The translations under genes were made by a program, and so were the position numbers. 64,000 bases of DNA from Catajapyx aquilonaris (Eukaryota): NCBI GenBank assembly GCA_000934665.2, contig KZ537982.1, positions 62,001 to 126,000 of the forward strand, written 5' to 3'. Of this stretch, positions 38,101 through 49,800 are shown piece after piece. The notes under the pieces are model-generated. The model was given only the letters and a program-made list of their open reading frames with translations, was not told the origin of the DNA and made no database searches. How positions within the stretch are numbered: position 1 is the stretch's first letter; every line of letters starts with the position of its first letter.

Positions 38101-41100
38101 CAATCCCAGTGCTCTTCCCATGATTGGAATGCTTGTGGAAGTATTTTTTGTTGGGGCACTTGGCACCCCCTGCAATTCTTCGTGGACCTGGTTTACCAAG
38201 TGAAATCTTCTTCCTTTCAACTTAATTTTTATTTTTGGGAATAGGAAGAAGTCACAGGGAGCTAAATCTGGCGAAAAAGGTGGGTAATCTTCATGTTTTG
38301 GGACGCCAAAAACTGCAGCGCGGGGTGAGAACGCGAGTTGACATGTTGTTGTTCTCGCGCCACTTCGCGAGGTGTTTCTTTTGAATGTCCTTCCTCAGCC
38401 GCCTTTTTTGCCAGATTTAGCTCCCTGCGACTTTTTCCTAACCTGAAAATGAAAATTAAGCTGAAATAAAGAAGATTGGGGAATTTTACCAATTTTCTGT
38501 GGGGCTTCAAAGGATGTCCAGTCTTCAATCGAAATGGGGCCATCTTTGAACCCCGATTATATCATATCCATGTCCCTAAAACGTTGTCACCGAATGCATC
38601 TTGTAAGTTTGCAGCACTTTTGCCAAGTTTGAAACAAGTTTTACACTGTTCTTTTAGGCCATCCATTTTCACCCCCAGATAGAATCGCAGAACGCACCAA
38701 ACACAACACTACAAAACCGCCCACAGAAACTGATCCATTCAACCTCAGACGTTGCCACTTGGCAGAGTAGTTCAGAAAGGTCACCTGCACCACTACCTAG
38801 AGTGGTAGCGACTACTATGCGCTGTTCAAAAGTACTGGGGTCTGTTCGTGAACTTTTGGGTAGCACCTCGTACAGTACTTGGTTTGAAATGGGATTGAGG
38901 TATCTTGATTTAGGAATTGAACTGTGCTACTTTTCAAGTGATGGTGTAAATACCTCAATGACAGAATATCATCATAATATGGGGAAACTATGGGATGTGT
39001 GTTTTGTTGAGGGGGGACGAAAATAGGTCTCAAGTTACGTAATAGGCTGTTATACAGCAGAAGGCTAGAATTTGCAGAGAAGTTATCTGGAATTGAGAAT
39101 TAACATTATGAAATCTTAATTTTTTTCTAGTATCAATTGACTGTAGGATTGGACTGCAATATGCAAGAATTTTAATTTTAATTTTCATGGTAATCATACA
39201 GGAGTTACACAATAAGTGGAACCATCAATCAGCTTGCTGTCTGCCTTTGTTAAACATAGCCTTTGATCTATCAAGATGATATTAAACCTATACTAGCAGA
39301 AGGAGGGTTGGAGTAATGGGAGAGACCGGAGGGAAGGGCTTAACCAAACCTGGCATGATTGACAGGTTCAGATTTATTGTGTAGCGACGGTAGATGGTAC
39401 TAAATTTTTTGAGTGGTACTTTCCCAGCCAGGAATGTTTTCAGGAGGCAGTGCCACCATTCCTGAAACCTGCATTTAATAATACTGATAACTGTATTGAT
39501 AAATTCCTTCTTGCAGCCTCTTGTAAAATTTGGCACTTTTGAATGTGCACACCTGGTGAGTGTCAGTAATTACTCTGGAGTTAAAATCTTGTTTTGTGTT
39601 ACTTGCAGCCTGAAGATGGCCCACCACCAGGAGTGGGTCCCATTCATCCTGGTCAAGCCCAGCCACAGCGCCCAACATCTTACTACCTGTCACCCCAACA
39701 AATCCAGATGCTGCAGTACCTTCAGTCTCAAACAAATCTATCACCGCAGCAGCAGAACCTTCTTCAGCAACTACAGCATCAGTATCGTTTGATGCAACGT
39801 CAGCAACAGCTCAGGCTCCAGCAACAACAGCAGCAGCAGCAACAACAACAGCAACAGCAGCACCAACAACAACAACAGCAGCAACACCCAGCTCTTGCAC
39901 CACAGTCACAAGGTGTGAGTAGGCCACCACAATATCCAGGTGCCCCACCTCCTAGGACTCCTCCAGTGGGTGCCCAAGCTCCACCACATCAGATTCCACG
40001 CACTTTGAGCCCATGTTATGTGCAGCCCAGCCGCTCACCTGGTGCAATCAAGGGATATCAGATGCAGCAGCAGCAATCACCACTACAGCAGCCACAGCGT
40101 GACTACATGACAGCACCTGACCGACAACAATTTTCACCCCAACAGCAGCAGAAGGTGCCTTACAAGACAGAGGTCCATACGCAGGGGACATACCGAGTTC
40201 CCACGCCTGGATTCAACACTGGGAATCAGTTTGGGTTTGGGAACCAGATGGTGTCAAGGAGGGTAACCAGTCCTGGTTCGTTCCAAGAGGCACCAAATTG
40301 CCAGTTTTCACCAGGCAGCAGTGGTATGCAAAACAATACCACACCGAAAGACCCACTGGGTAGCCCACTAGCTGGGAGCCCCTTAGGCCCAACTGTGAGT
40401 GACCAGGAGCTTCAAGCACTACTCTCGCAGAAGGACATTGCAACCTCACTGGCAGAGGACCTCCTAAAGCAGTTCACTCAAGGTGAAAGCCTGGGACTGG
40501 AAAAGGAAGAGGAAAAGCCAACACCAACAGTTCAAAGCCCACATCCACCAACCAAAGAAGAGCTGACCTCCACCTTCACCCAGCCCACGCCGCCTCCGCC
40601 CCCTCCGCCTCCATTTACACCACCTGTAGAGGTCAAGCCGAGGATAAAACCGGAAGAGATCAGGTCGCCACAGCTGGAGGTTGGAGGGGATGTGAAGGAG
40701 CATAAGATAGTGCTACCAGAACCGGAAACGGAAGAGCCAGAACTGAGCATTCACATGGTGGCCAAGGAGATACTCACAGCATGCAAAGGGAGGGGTGTCA
40801 ATGGTGTGTCAAACTGCAGCATCCTTGGTGACAAAGTGCCACCACCACAGCCTCCTGAGCCTCCTAAAGTTCGACTAACCAGGGAGCAACTGCTGCCACC
40901 AACTCCTTCAGTCTACCTCGAAAACAAGAAGGATGCTTTCAGCCCACAGCTGCAGGAGTTCTGTCTGCAGCATCCTATAGCAGTTATACGTGGGATGGCT
41001 GCTGCTCTCAAGCTTGGTAAGTCATAATTAAAGTCACTGGGTCAAACATTACTCTCTCAAATGTTATGTGGACATGTGTGGAAGCTATGAAAATAGAGCG

Positions 41101-43929
41101 TTAGTTACTCATAGCCAGCATCTAGAGAGACCTCTGGAATGGCAAGCTTTTTACATAGTAATTGAACTTTTTTGAAAGTTCAAAGCTATTCAAAGTAATT
41201 GTTGCTGGTTGTTCCAGTTGGTTATGCATTATATCGTACTGATAAGAATTTCTTGATTAAGCCTGCAAATATGATTATTTCAATGTAATTTTTCAGACTT
41301 GGGCTTGTTCTCAACCAAAACCTTGGTGGAGGCCAACCCGGACCATGGAATTGAGGTACGAACCCAGATGCAACAGACGTCAGATGAAAACTGGGACCCT
41401 CAGCTAGGACGGAAGGTGTGGGCATGCATCAGTCACAGGTCACATACGACTATTGCCAAGTATGCCCAGTACCAGGCATCATCCTTCCAGGAGTCACTCA
41501 GGGTGAGTTGTACTTTTGATACAGAGACGGGATATGCTATGAAAAGGGAACACCTCAAGTAATTTGGAATTAGGCTACCTGTGTGTCACACTAACTTATC
41601 TTACTGTTTTACTGGGTTTTATTTTTATAAAACTCGTCAACTTGATTTCACATGTTCACGACACATGTTCAGTGGTTTCTTAAATTTCAATAGTTTTTTG
41701 AAGTCCGTAAAATTTGCCATCTCTATTGGAGGGTGTTTATATTACTAATCACTATTGGGCATGTAAAATAATAATTGCATCATTCAAAATTTATAGGAAG
41801 AGCAGGAGAAGGCACAGGGCATCCATAAAGACTCCGATTCGGACTCGAAGGATTCCTCGGGGTTGTCCCGTAAGAAAAAGAAAGGCCCAAAGATGATCAA
41901 GTTTGGCACCAATGTGGACCTCTCGGATGAACGCAAGTGGCGTTCCCAACTGCAGGAACTTATGAAGTTGCCCGCCTTTGCGAGGGTGGTGTCTGCTGGC
42001 AACACCCTCTCTCATGTGGGCCACGTCATTCTGGGCATGAACACAGTGCAGCTGTATATGAAGGTGCCTGGAAGCAGGACCCCAGGGCATCAGGAGAACA
42101 ACAACTTTTGTTCCATTAATGTCAACATTGGCCCTGGTGACTGCGAGTGGTTCGCTGTACCTGACGCCTACTGGGGTGTTGTGCAGAGCCTTTGTGAAAG
42201 GTATGTCAGCTTTGTAGTTTTATTCCTGAATGGACAATCCTACAATGCTTGCCCCAACCACTGTTGTGCAGAAGTAGGCCTGAGTTTGAGGGCTGTCCAA
42301 CAAGGAAGGATCACTGCTTACAGAATCTGCCTTGTTTAGCTCATATCCAGTATCCACATTGCATAAGGTTATTTGCAGCATTTAAAAGTAACCTCTACAC
42401 TCCTTGTTCCCTTACCTGAAGCCAATTGTGTGGGAAGAAAAAAATGCAGATGCTCTTGTCCACCTGTCTGCACCCTGCATTGTGCATGAGGTAGAGACTT
42501 GGGGGACACATTTCCAATGCCTACAATATTATGGCCATCTCTGATAATAATCATTGGGGAAACTCATGGGTGTTTCAAAGAGCATGCTTAGCAGTCTCTT
42601 CCCTTTTTCCTTCCATCTGCCCCCTACAAATAACTTAATACAGCATGGTTTATGGATAACACCTCAAATATCTGGAAGCAGTGGTCCTTCCCTACTGGAC
42701 CCGCTCTGCGTATGATGACCATATTAACAGTATGTTATGGCTTCACCCTACATTTAATGTAGGGTGAAGCCATAGCATGCCATAACAGTAAATTTTACTC
42801 CAAACTAGTCAAGCTGTCGGACAGTCTTGTGTGAATCTCTTAACATCCAACCCCTCGAACCTAGCTGACATATCCAATGGCATTATATGAGTTGACCCTT
42901 GCAATACAATATTTATCGAGCATCGTAAAATATTTGACTTGAATGTCTGGCATTTCAGGAACAACATCAACTACCTGCATGGCTCATGGTGGCCTGTTCT
43001 GGAAGACCTTTTTGAAGAGAATGTCCCTGTGTACAGGTTCATGCAGAGGCCAGGAGATCTTGTCTGGGTCAATGCTGGTGAGTTCATTTCCCCTCTCCCT
43101 GACCCAAATCTTAATTTCGGAATATTACATGCTGCATTCCTGATCCTGTTTAGGTTGTGTTCACTGGGTGCAAGCTATAGGCTGGTGCAACAACATTGCA
43201 TGGAATGTAGGCCCACTGACTGCTAGGCAGTATGGCTTGGCCATAGAGCGATATGAGTGGAACAAGCTGCAGAGCTTCAAGAGCATCGTTCCCATGGTGC
43301 ACCTGACCTGGAACTTGTCCATGAACATCAAAGTGTCTGACCCCAAACTATGGGGGCTGCTCAGGGGGTCCCTCCTGAGGACACTCAGGCAGTGTGCCCT
43401 GACCCTTGAGTTTGTCAAGGCGAAGGGTGTTGAGGTTAAGTTCCATGGCAGAGGAAAGAACGAGGCATCACATTACTGTGGGCAGTGCGAGGTCAGTAGT
43501 ATTGTCAACAACATTCATTTACAACTTCGGCACTGTGCGCCTTGTTCACATTAAGCTTAAGTACTGGCATGGGTGCCTAGCACTTCAATTTTAAAGTACC
43601 ATTGCAAATAGGATGACACCTTGTGAAATTAACAACACTGATCTCTTTCATGTTGTGCAGGTTGAGGTGTTCAACATCCTATTCATCCGTGAGCAGGAGA
43701 AGAGGCATGTAGTTCACTGTTTGGACTGTGCTCGAAGGCAGAGTGCTAACCTGGAAGGGTTTGTCTGCCTCGAAGAGTATAGACTCGAAGAACTTATGGA
43801 GATCTATGACAGCTTTGCACTCAATGCGGTAAGTAAAACGCATGGCAATTCTAAATTGAATAGGAATCCGCTACAACATTTATTTTCTTACAGGTGCCAG
43901 GACAGCAATTACCAAACACAGCTTCGTGA
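11161..43929 (+). CDS. KDM6A: Lysine-specific demethylase 6A / UTX (TPR repeats, low-complexity Q/P region, JmjC and zinc-binding domain), ~1396 aa, 18 coding exons
   Basis: Exons 11161-11228, 11774-11840, 11914-12124, 12213-12321, 35960-36135, 36199-36327, 36398-36623, 36707-36807, 36899-37058, 37189-37327, 37394-37519, 39609-41016, 41297-41502, 41797-42200, 42959-43077, 43154-43491, 43661-43828, 43894-43929. All introns are GT-AG and all phases join (4191 nt). Motifs: [114 protein letters not shown] (Fe ligands HxE), [35 protein letters not shown]...HCLDC. Confidence 0.96.
20081..20220 (+). repeat. Polypurine tract with (GA)n and (GAA)n microsatellites inside the large UTX intron
   Basis: aagaggaagaggaggaaggaggaggtgggaggagagagagagagagagag…gagaagaagaagaagaagaaaaaaaaa. 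Confidence 0.8.
37991..38870 (-). mobile_element. Internally deleted and rearranged mariner transposon relic in UTX intron 11
   Basis: TIRs TA|CGAGGTGCTACCAAAAGTTCCCGAACAGA and TCTGTTCGTGAACTTTTGGGTAGCACCTCG|TA. Minus-strand fragments translate to a mariner N-terminus ([19 protein letters not shown]...AFGDN...FKDG..SIED) and C-terminus ([27 protein letters not shown]...FQSWEEHWD...EDYFDGD), with frameshifts. Confidence 0.88.
39819..39885 (+). repeat. CAG/CAA polyglutamine tract in UTX exon 12
   Basis: Encodes Q14-H-Q8 approximately, within a Q/P-rich low-complexity segment. Confidence 0.9.
42732..42778. repeat. Perfect 19-bp palindrome with 1-nt spacer in UTX intron 14
   Basis: tatggcttcaccctacatt-t-aatgtagggtgaagccata (42736-42774), extendable by about 4 bp with one G-U pair. 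Confidence 0.85.
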
Positions 43930-46272
43930 CAGCAATGAGACAGCTAGCACCATGTGTTTGTGAGGTAGAAGAGAAACACTGACATTTTCCTTGGAAAAAA
44001 AAGTTCAAGAAATCGTGTTCGCAAATGTGCCATCGATCATGATACAATCCCAAAAAACCTCGCCCTCCCCACCACACGCAAAAAGGCTGTGCTCCTGATC
44101 ACTTCATAGAAGGAAGGAAAGAAATCGAAACACAACTCTTTATTTATTACCCGCTACTGCAACAAAAAAAGGACGATTTTTCCCTACCCCCCAAAGAGCT
44201 TTACTTTTTCACTGAGAAATTTTTTTTTTTCTCACCCTTACCCCTCCCAATTCTTTGTTCAAGCAACTGTTTAAGCATAACACAAAACATCACAGGTGTA
44301 AACTGTACAAATTTTTAAAACGGATGAAAGTGTTTTATGATCTCGTAACGTCTCGAAGGAACTATCGCTTCGAGTATTAGAATATGTAAGGAAATCATAT
44401 AGCAGAAAGAAAAAACAAAAAAATAGGACACTAAGGTGACTTTTTTTTCCCACTTGTCAACTTCCTGTGATGACAAACGAGTTTTTAGTTTGCGAAATCC
44501 ATGATGTGCCTCTTTAAGAAGAAAAAAATGGTAAGAAGACAAAAGAAGACAGGTGTCTTGTCAGTTTTCTCGGGCAATAATGAAAAAAGTGTAAGTCTAA
44601 GGAAGGGGACACAAGTTAGTGCTCCTTTTTTTCTTTTTTTTTTCGAAACCATCTCACTGCCATTTGTGTTCAGTGTGAGAAAAGTGTGAGTGAAGACAAT
44701 TGGGAACAAATGTGGACCAGATTTTTTTTTTCTCTCTCTCACCTATGGAATCAACTGTTTGCAAGATAAAGAAGTCACTCGATGGGAATATTTCAAGGAC
44801 TGTGATGTGTACAGTGAAGGTGTCCAGTTTTTTTTTTTTTTAATGTTTTGTTGATTGCAAATTGGATTATTTCGAATATTCATTTCAGATGCCGAATTGG
44901 TACATGTAATATTTTTGACAATTCTTAGACTAGTACTCAATCTGGCTTGATGATTTTCTTGTCCAATTGTAACCACTTAATTCAAATCATGGCTCCAATG
45001 TTGAGTATTGTTGTAAAATTGTTGTGATTTGAGTTATAGGATTATAGGAAATGATGACAGGAAATGGAATGAAAACCAATGGGAAAAAAAAAAAGATTGG
45101 TTGTAGAGCTTGTACAGGAAAATGTGGTTATAAGTCTATTGCATGGGAAAGAGATACCACCTTCTAATGGATGTGTAGTTGTTATGGTAATAGTCCGGAA
45201 TAATTTCCTATAATGACAGCCCTCACAGAATGAAATAAAAATAAATTATTGCATCCTTCACTAGGGAAAGGCGTCCATTTTGAGGAAAAATAAAATTCTG
45301 AAACGGAATAGCACAACAGTTTTTTCTTTGGTCTCTCGTGTTTAGGGTGAAGTGTAATGGAGTGGATCTTGCAAGAAAAAACAAAAGAATCATTGTCACT
45401 GTTTCAGCTAATCACTGCCAGGGTCTTGTGATAATATTTTTAAATATTTTTTTATTTTTTGTCCCCCCCTCCAATCCCTCGAGTCCGCCATTCCCCTCAC
45501 TGAATTTGTACCCACCTGAAACACACAGTGACTGCTCAAATTCACGTACATATTTTCTTTTTGCTTCCGGTTCCGTTAGATAATTTAAGGGTTTCTGTAA
45601 TGTAGTGCATAAAGATTTTAGGTGGGACGCCATTTCCACAGATCTTGTGTAGACATTTATTTCTTGTTCTTGTGTACATGAAAGGAGTTTAACCTTTTTT
45701 TTTTGTGGTTATGTAGAGATTTGTGCTTGTTTTCTTTTTAATACATGTAGATGTAATGCTATTTAAAAATTATTATGGATGATACCAGTATTTTACATTA
45801 TGACAAATGGAGTGAGGATATTCCCTCTTCAAGTGTGACTGCTTTCTCTCCAATTAAATAATGTAAAGTGAAGAGGGAACATGCTCACATTTCAGCAAGT
45901 TATTTGATCACGATAAGACTTCGGGTCCTGTCAAAAAAATGTGTGAAAGCGTTAAAAAGTTCACATGAGCATGACATTGGCTGCTACTGTGAGAAGTATT
46001 GATGGAAATATGGCGTTTTATGCTGTTTTTTCTTACACTAATTCCTGGACTAATGTGATTAAAATCAGGGCCTCAACCATAATCATGTCTATTATTATCC
46101 TTTACCTGTTTTTCACCGCCTCTTACACTTAACCAGGTGACAGTTGACACAAATGAGGCCGACAGGTGGCTGGATGACTGAAAATGTTCAGTGGTCATGA
46201 GAGCAGAGGGATGTCGCCCATGTCGGCAACCATATAAATGGACAAATGCACATGGGGTGGAATTTTCGTCGC

Positions 46273-46345
46273 ACTACTAGTTACTTTTAACTTAGCAATA
46301 CCAGTGTAATGTACTGCTAACTGTACGTTAAAAGTAACTAGTAGT
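46273..46345. repeat. Inverted repeat (decayed MITE core or hairpin) upstream of glycogenin
   Basis: actactagttacttttaac…gttaaaagtaactagtagt (19 bp perfect), with inner ttagca/tgctaa and weaker outer arms (atgcaca/tgtgcat). Confidence 0.75.
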
Positions 46346-46808
46346 ACTTACAATATTTCCAATGATATTGTGCATCAAGTGTGCCCACATGGCATTTGAA
46401 CTTGACGCCACATTCGCTGCTTCTCACACGAGCCGGCAGATGCCTCCTCCAGCAACTTCTCTTTGTTATGTCAATTTACAGCGTTGCCAGGTGAGTCCCC
46501 CCCCTCTGCAACAATCGGCCATCCCCAACAATTAAATTTAGTAGTCCAACCTGGCAGCAGGCCTCTTTCCGGCTTTTCCCCCTCCTCCCGCATTCAATGG
46601 CTGATTTATCCAAGCTGGAGTTCGGCTTGTCTCGGAGTGCGTCGGTCCTTGCCGAACGATAGATAAGAAGAGGGGAGGCTAAGGAGGGGGAGAGGCAAAG
46701 TGTAGTCACCAGCACCGCGACCCACTCCTTTTTGACCGGCCTCGACGGATCAGCACGGCCTGAGAACGTCGGTGCTGCTGAGAGGAAGACCACCCATACA
46801 CAGCAGCC

Positions 46809-49800
46809 ATGAGCAAAGGTAACGTCAAGGGGTCGGGGGATGGGTGACACCTGAGTTGGGGGCATTAGAAAAATATTGGAACAGTTCGGCGGGGCAGATG
46901 GGGTCAATTAGGGCTAATGAGGAAATGGAGGGGAGATGAGTCAACATGGATCAAGTGCACTGCCACAACAGCCAGCGGAGGAGTTACCTAAATGACATTT
47001 TTTAAAATGCATGTTAAGTAACCCGTGAGGATGTCAGCGTTGCATAAGGGAGGGCGATATGTCATCTCTGGCAGGGCACTGGCGTAGGTGAATTTCTGGC
47101 GTAAGGTGTGCATGCGGCTAAAGATATCCTTGGCTCCATCAAGGTGATCGTATTACTACTTAAAGTACCCATGCACACTTTGTCAAGGGACAGAAAGTTG
47201 GGCAGTGGGTCAACCAACTTGCAGGATGTTAATAAATTATTTAAGGAATATTCTGCATTACCTTGTTTCCACAATGTGCTTGCCCAACCACGTATTGTTG
47301 GAAATGTGAGGTGATTCAACTGATGATGATAGTTTTCAAGTCCAAAATTTTTTAAATTAATAGGGGTACTTCTGATGGATTGTGGAACATGGAGCCTTAT
47401 TACGAAGTTGCATGCAGACTGAAAGGGAGGCAAAAATAATTGGCGTTGTCATCATCTTATTGTTTGTCACATGTCACATTGGGTTGTACACACACAAGGT
47501 GCCATAATTATCCCCTGTCACCTCAGTTGTAATATAAAGGACATCAGGACACTCCTTTCACCTGAAATGAGCCAGACTACTTGGAACTTGACACCAGAGG
47601 ATAGCAATGTTTTGTAGCATGTATAGGAAAATATTTTACATGCAAGAATTTGGCTAGGTGTGTGAAGCATGTGGCAGTTTATGACACTTTGGCATTGGTT
47701 TTACTACGTGGTGGTGTGGCTGACCTTGCGCGCCTTGGCCAATGAGGCCAGTGGCAGGGTTTTATGCAGGCAGGGATGGACAGGTTTGACAACTCCTAAT
47801 ATGGTGAGCTCTTCATTCACATGGGACTAAAAGTGTTGAGTGGAATTTCTAGTGAGCCAACTAATGCTTTGCCACGAGAACAACGTGTCTGGCAGGTTCA
47901 ATGTCAAGTGCAACAAAGAAAATAAAGATATATTGCCAGTGCCTCAACCTTTCAAATGCGACATGTAAAGTATGTTATATCAATGAGAATCTCAAAGACT
48001 ACACATCCAAAGTTATTTTTGCCATCCTGTGAAACATTTGGCACATGCTTACCTCTGCCTTTTGTTTTCAAGTGATGACAGTGTTGCTAACTTCTTGTAT
48101 TTCTCATCAAAGGCCAAGCATGGGTGACACTGGCAACAAACGACTCCTATGCCATAGGTGCCATAGTCTTGGCCCACTCCTTGAAGAGGGTGGCCACAAC
48201 CCGCCCTATTGTCATCATGGTCACCTCTGGAATCACACCACCCATGAGGTAACGATCTCCATGATGTCAGTGACCCTAGTTTTACCTCCATGCTTTGACT
48301 TTCAGGGAGCTTTTGACCGGCGTGTTTGACGTGGTCAAGGAGGTGGACGTGATGGACTCTCATGACGAGGCCAACCTAGCACTCTTGGATCGTCCAGAGT
48401 TAGGAATCACCTTCACCAAGCTACATTGCTGGCGTCTCAAAGATTACAGCAAGTGTGTCTTTCTCGATGCGGACACCCTGGTAAAGTTGTCCAGAGCAGT
48501 TCTAGGAAGTTGCATGGTAGATTTTTGGTAATCTGCATAAACTGTGTGGCACTTATGAATTTATAACTCTGTCAGGTTGCCAACATTCAGTGTATATTTG
48601 GACTTCTATAGATGCATTTTTTGTAGTGGAGGCTGGAAGGGAGATAAAGGCAGGCAGAAACATTCTTAACTTACAGTGGGTTTCCAGTATGTTTTAATAC
48701 TTACGTGGGATGGTATTTGGTTGCTATTGCGCCTCTCCATGGGGGGAGTTATTTAAAGGTTAGCTATTTTTGGGGCAGGCTTGCTGCACGTGCCAAGAAC
48801 GAGGTGGAGGAGGAATTGGCAGTAGTTAGTTGGCACTGAGGCCCATTTTTGGGGGGAATGCGGAAATGGGAGTTTTGCCCCCCACCTTCCTCATTAACAC
48901 CATGAATAGATGGCAGGCACACATTACGTGCTAATACAGGGTTGGGTAAGGGACAGTGCAGTAACACTTATCTATGCCCACTTATCTGTATTGCAACATG
49001 GGAGTTTTTAGTTGTTTGGTTTAATGGAGCCACCTGTGTGAGGGATTATTGGGAATTATATGCTTTGCACTTCTCATTTGCCAAGTTACAAATGACTAAA
49101 GGCATATGATGCCTCTAGGGATCGATGCTGGGTACATAACCAGAGTTTTGTTTACTTTTGTTCTGGTTGTATCTGCATTTGCTAAATGGAAAAATGTCTT
49201 ACAGAGCACATGTAGCACTCGGTTAAATCGTGATTAGTTGTTGAAAGGTAATTGAGCACGAAGCTTTTACTCTGTATGCAATTGTTTGTTTATACTGGTG
49301 CATTATCACCACAATTTACAGTAACTGCAGTTATGCCATTGCATGATAAAGTTGTGCCCTTGACCAAGTCCTTAGAACGACAGGACTTTTGACCTTGATC
49401 AATGGTCTCTGTAATGATAAAGTGTGGTAGGGACTGCTGCCTAGTCATGAATCAATGAGGATTCTGGAAACAGTCCTTGGTCATGTTTGCAAAGTGGTAC
49501 AAGCAGTAATCTCAGCCATATCCCATATCGTTTTACTTGAGGTTTCATCCCCAGTTGCTCATGAAAGACACATCTGCAAGAGAGGAGGAGAGAAAACAAT
49601 TATCTGGCTCCCCTAACATTTCAAGAAAATGTTCACAGAAATTAGGGGTATTAATGGAATGAGAGGTGTTATAACATGTGATAATACATATTTGTAAATA
49701 GCATCACTCACAGTCAGTACCATCAATAGGCTTATTGCAACAGAGATATCGGATGTAGTGTACTGTACCACGCTCCGAATTTTTAAAGCTACAATTTGCA

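Noticed and set aside
42712..42869. ATGATGA…CTGA as a C/D-box snoRNA in UTX intron 14
   Set aside because: No convincing terminal stem or recognisable rRNA-complementary guide; the motifs are short enough to occur by chance.
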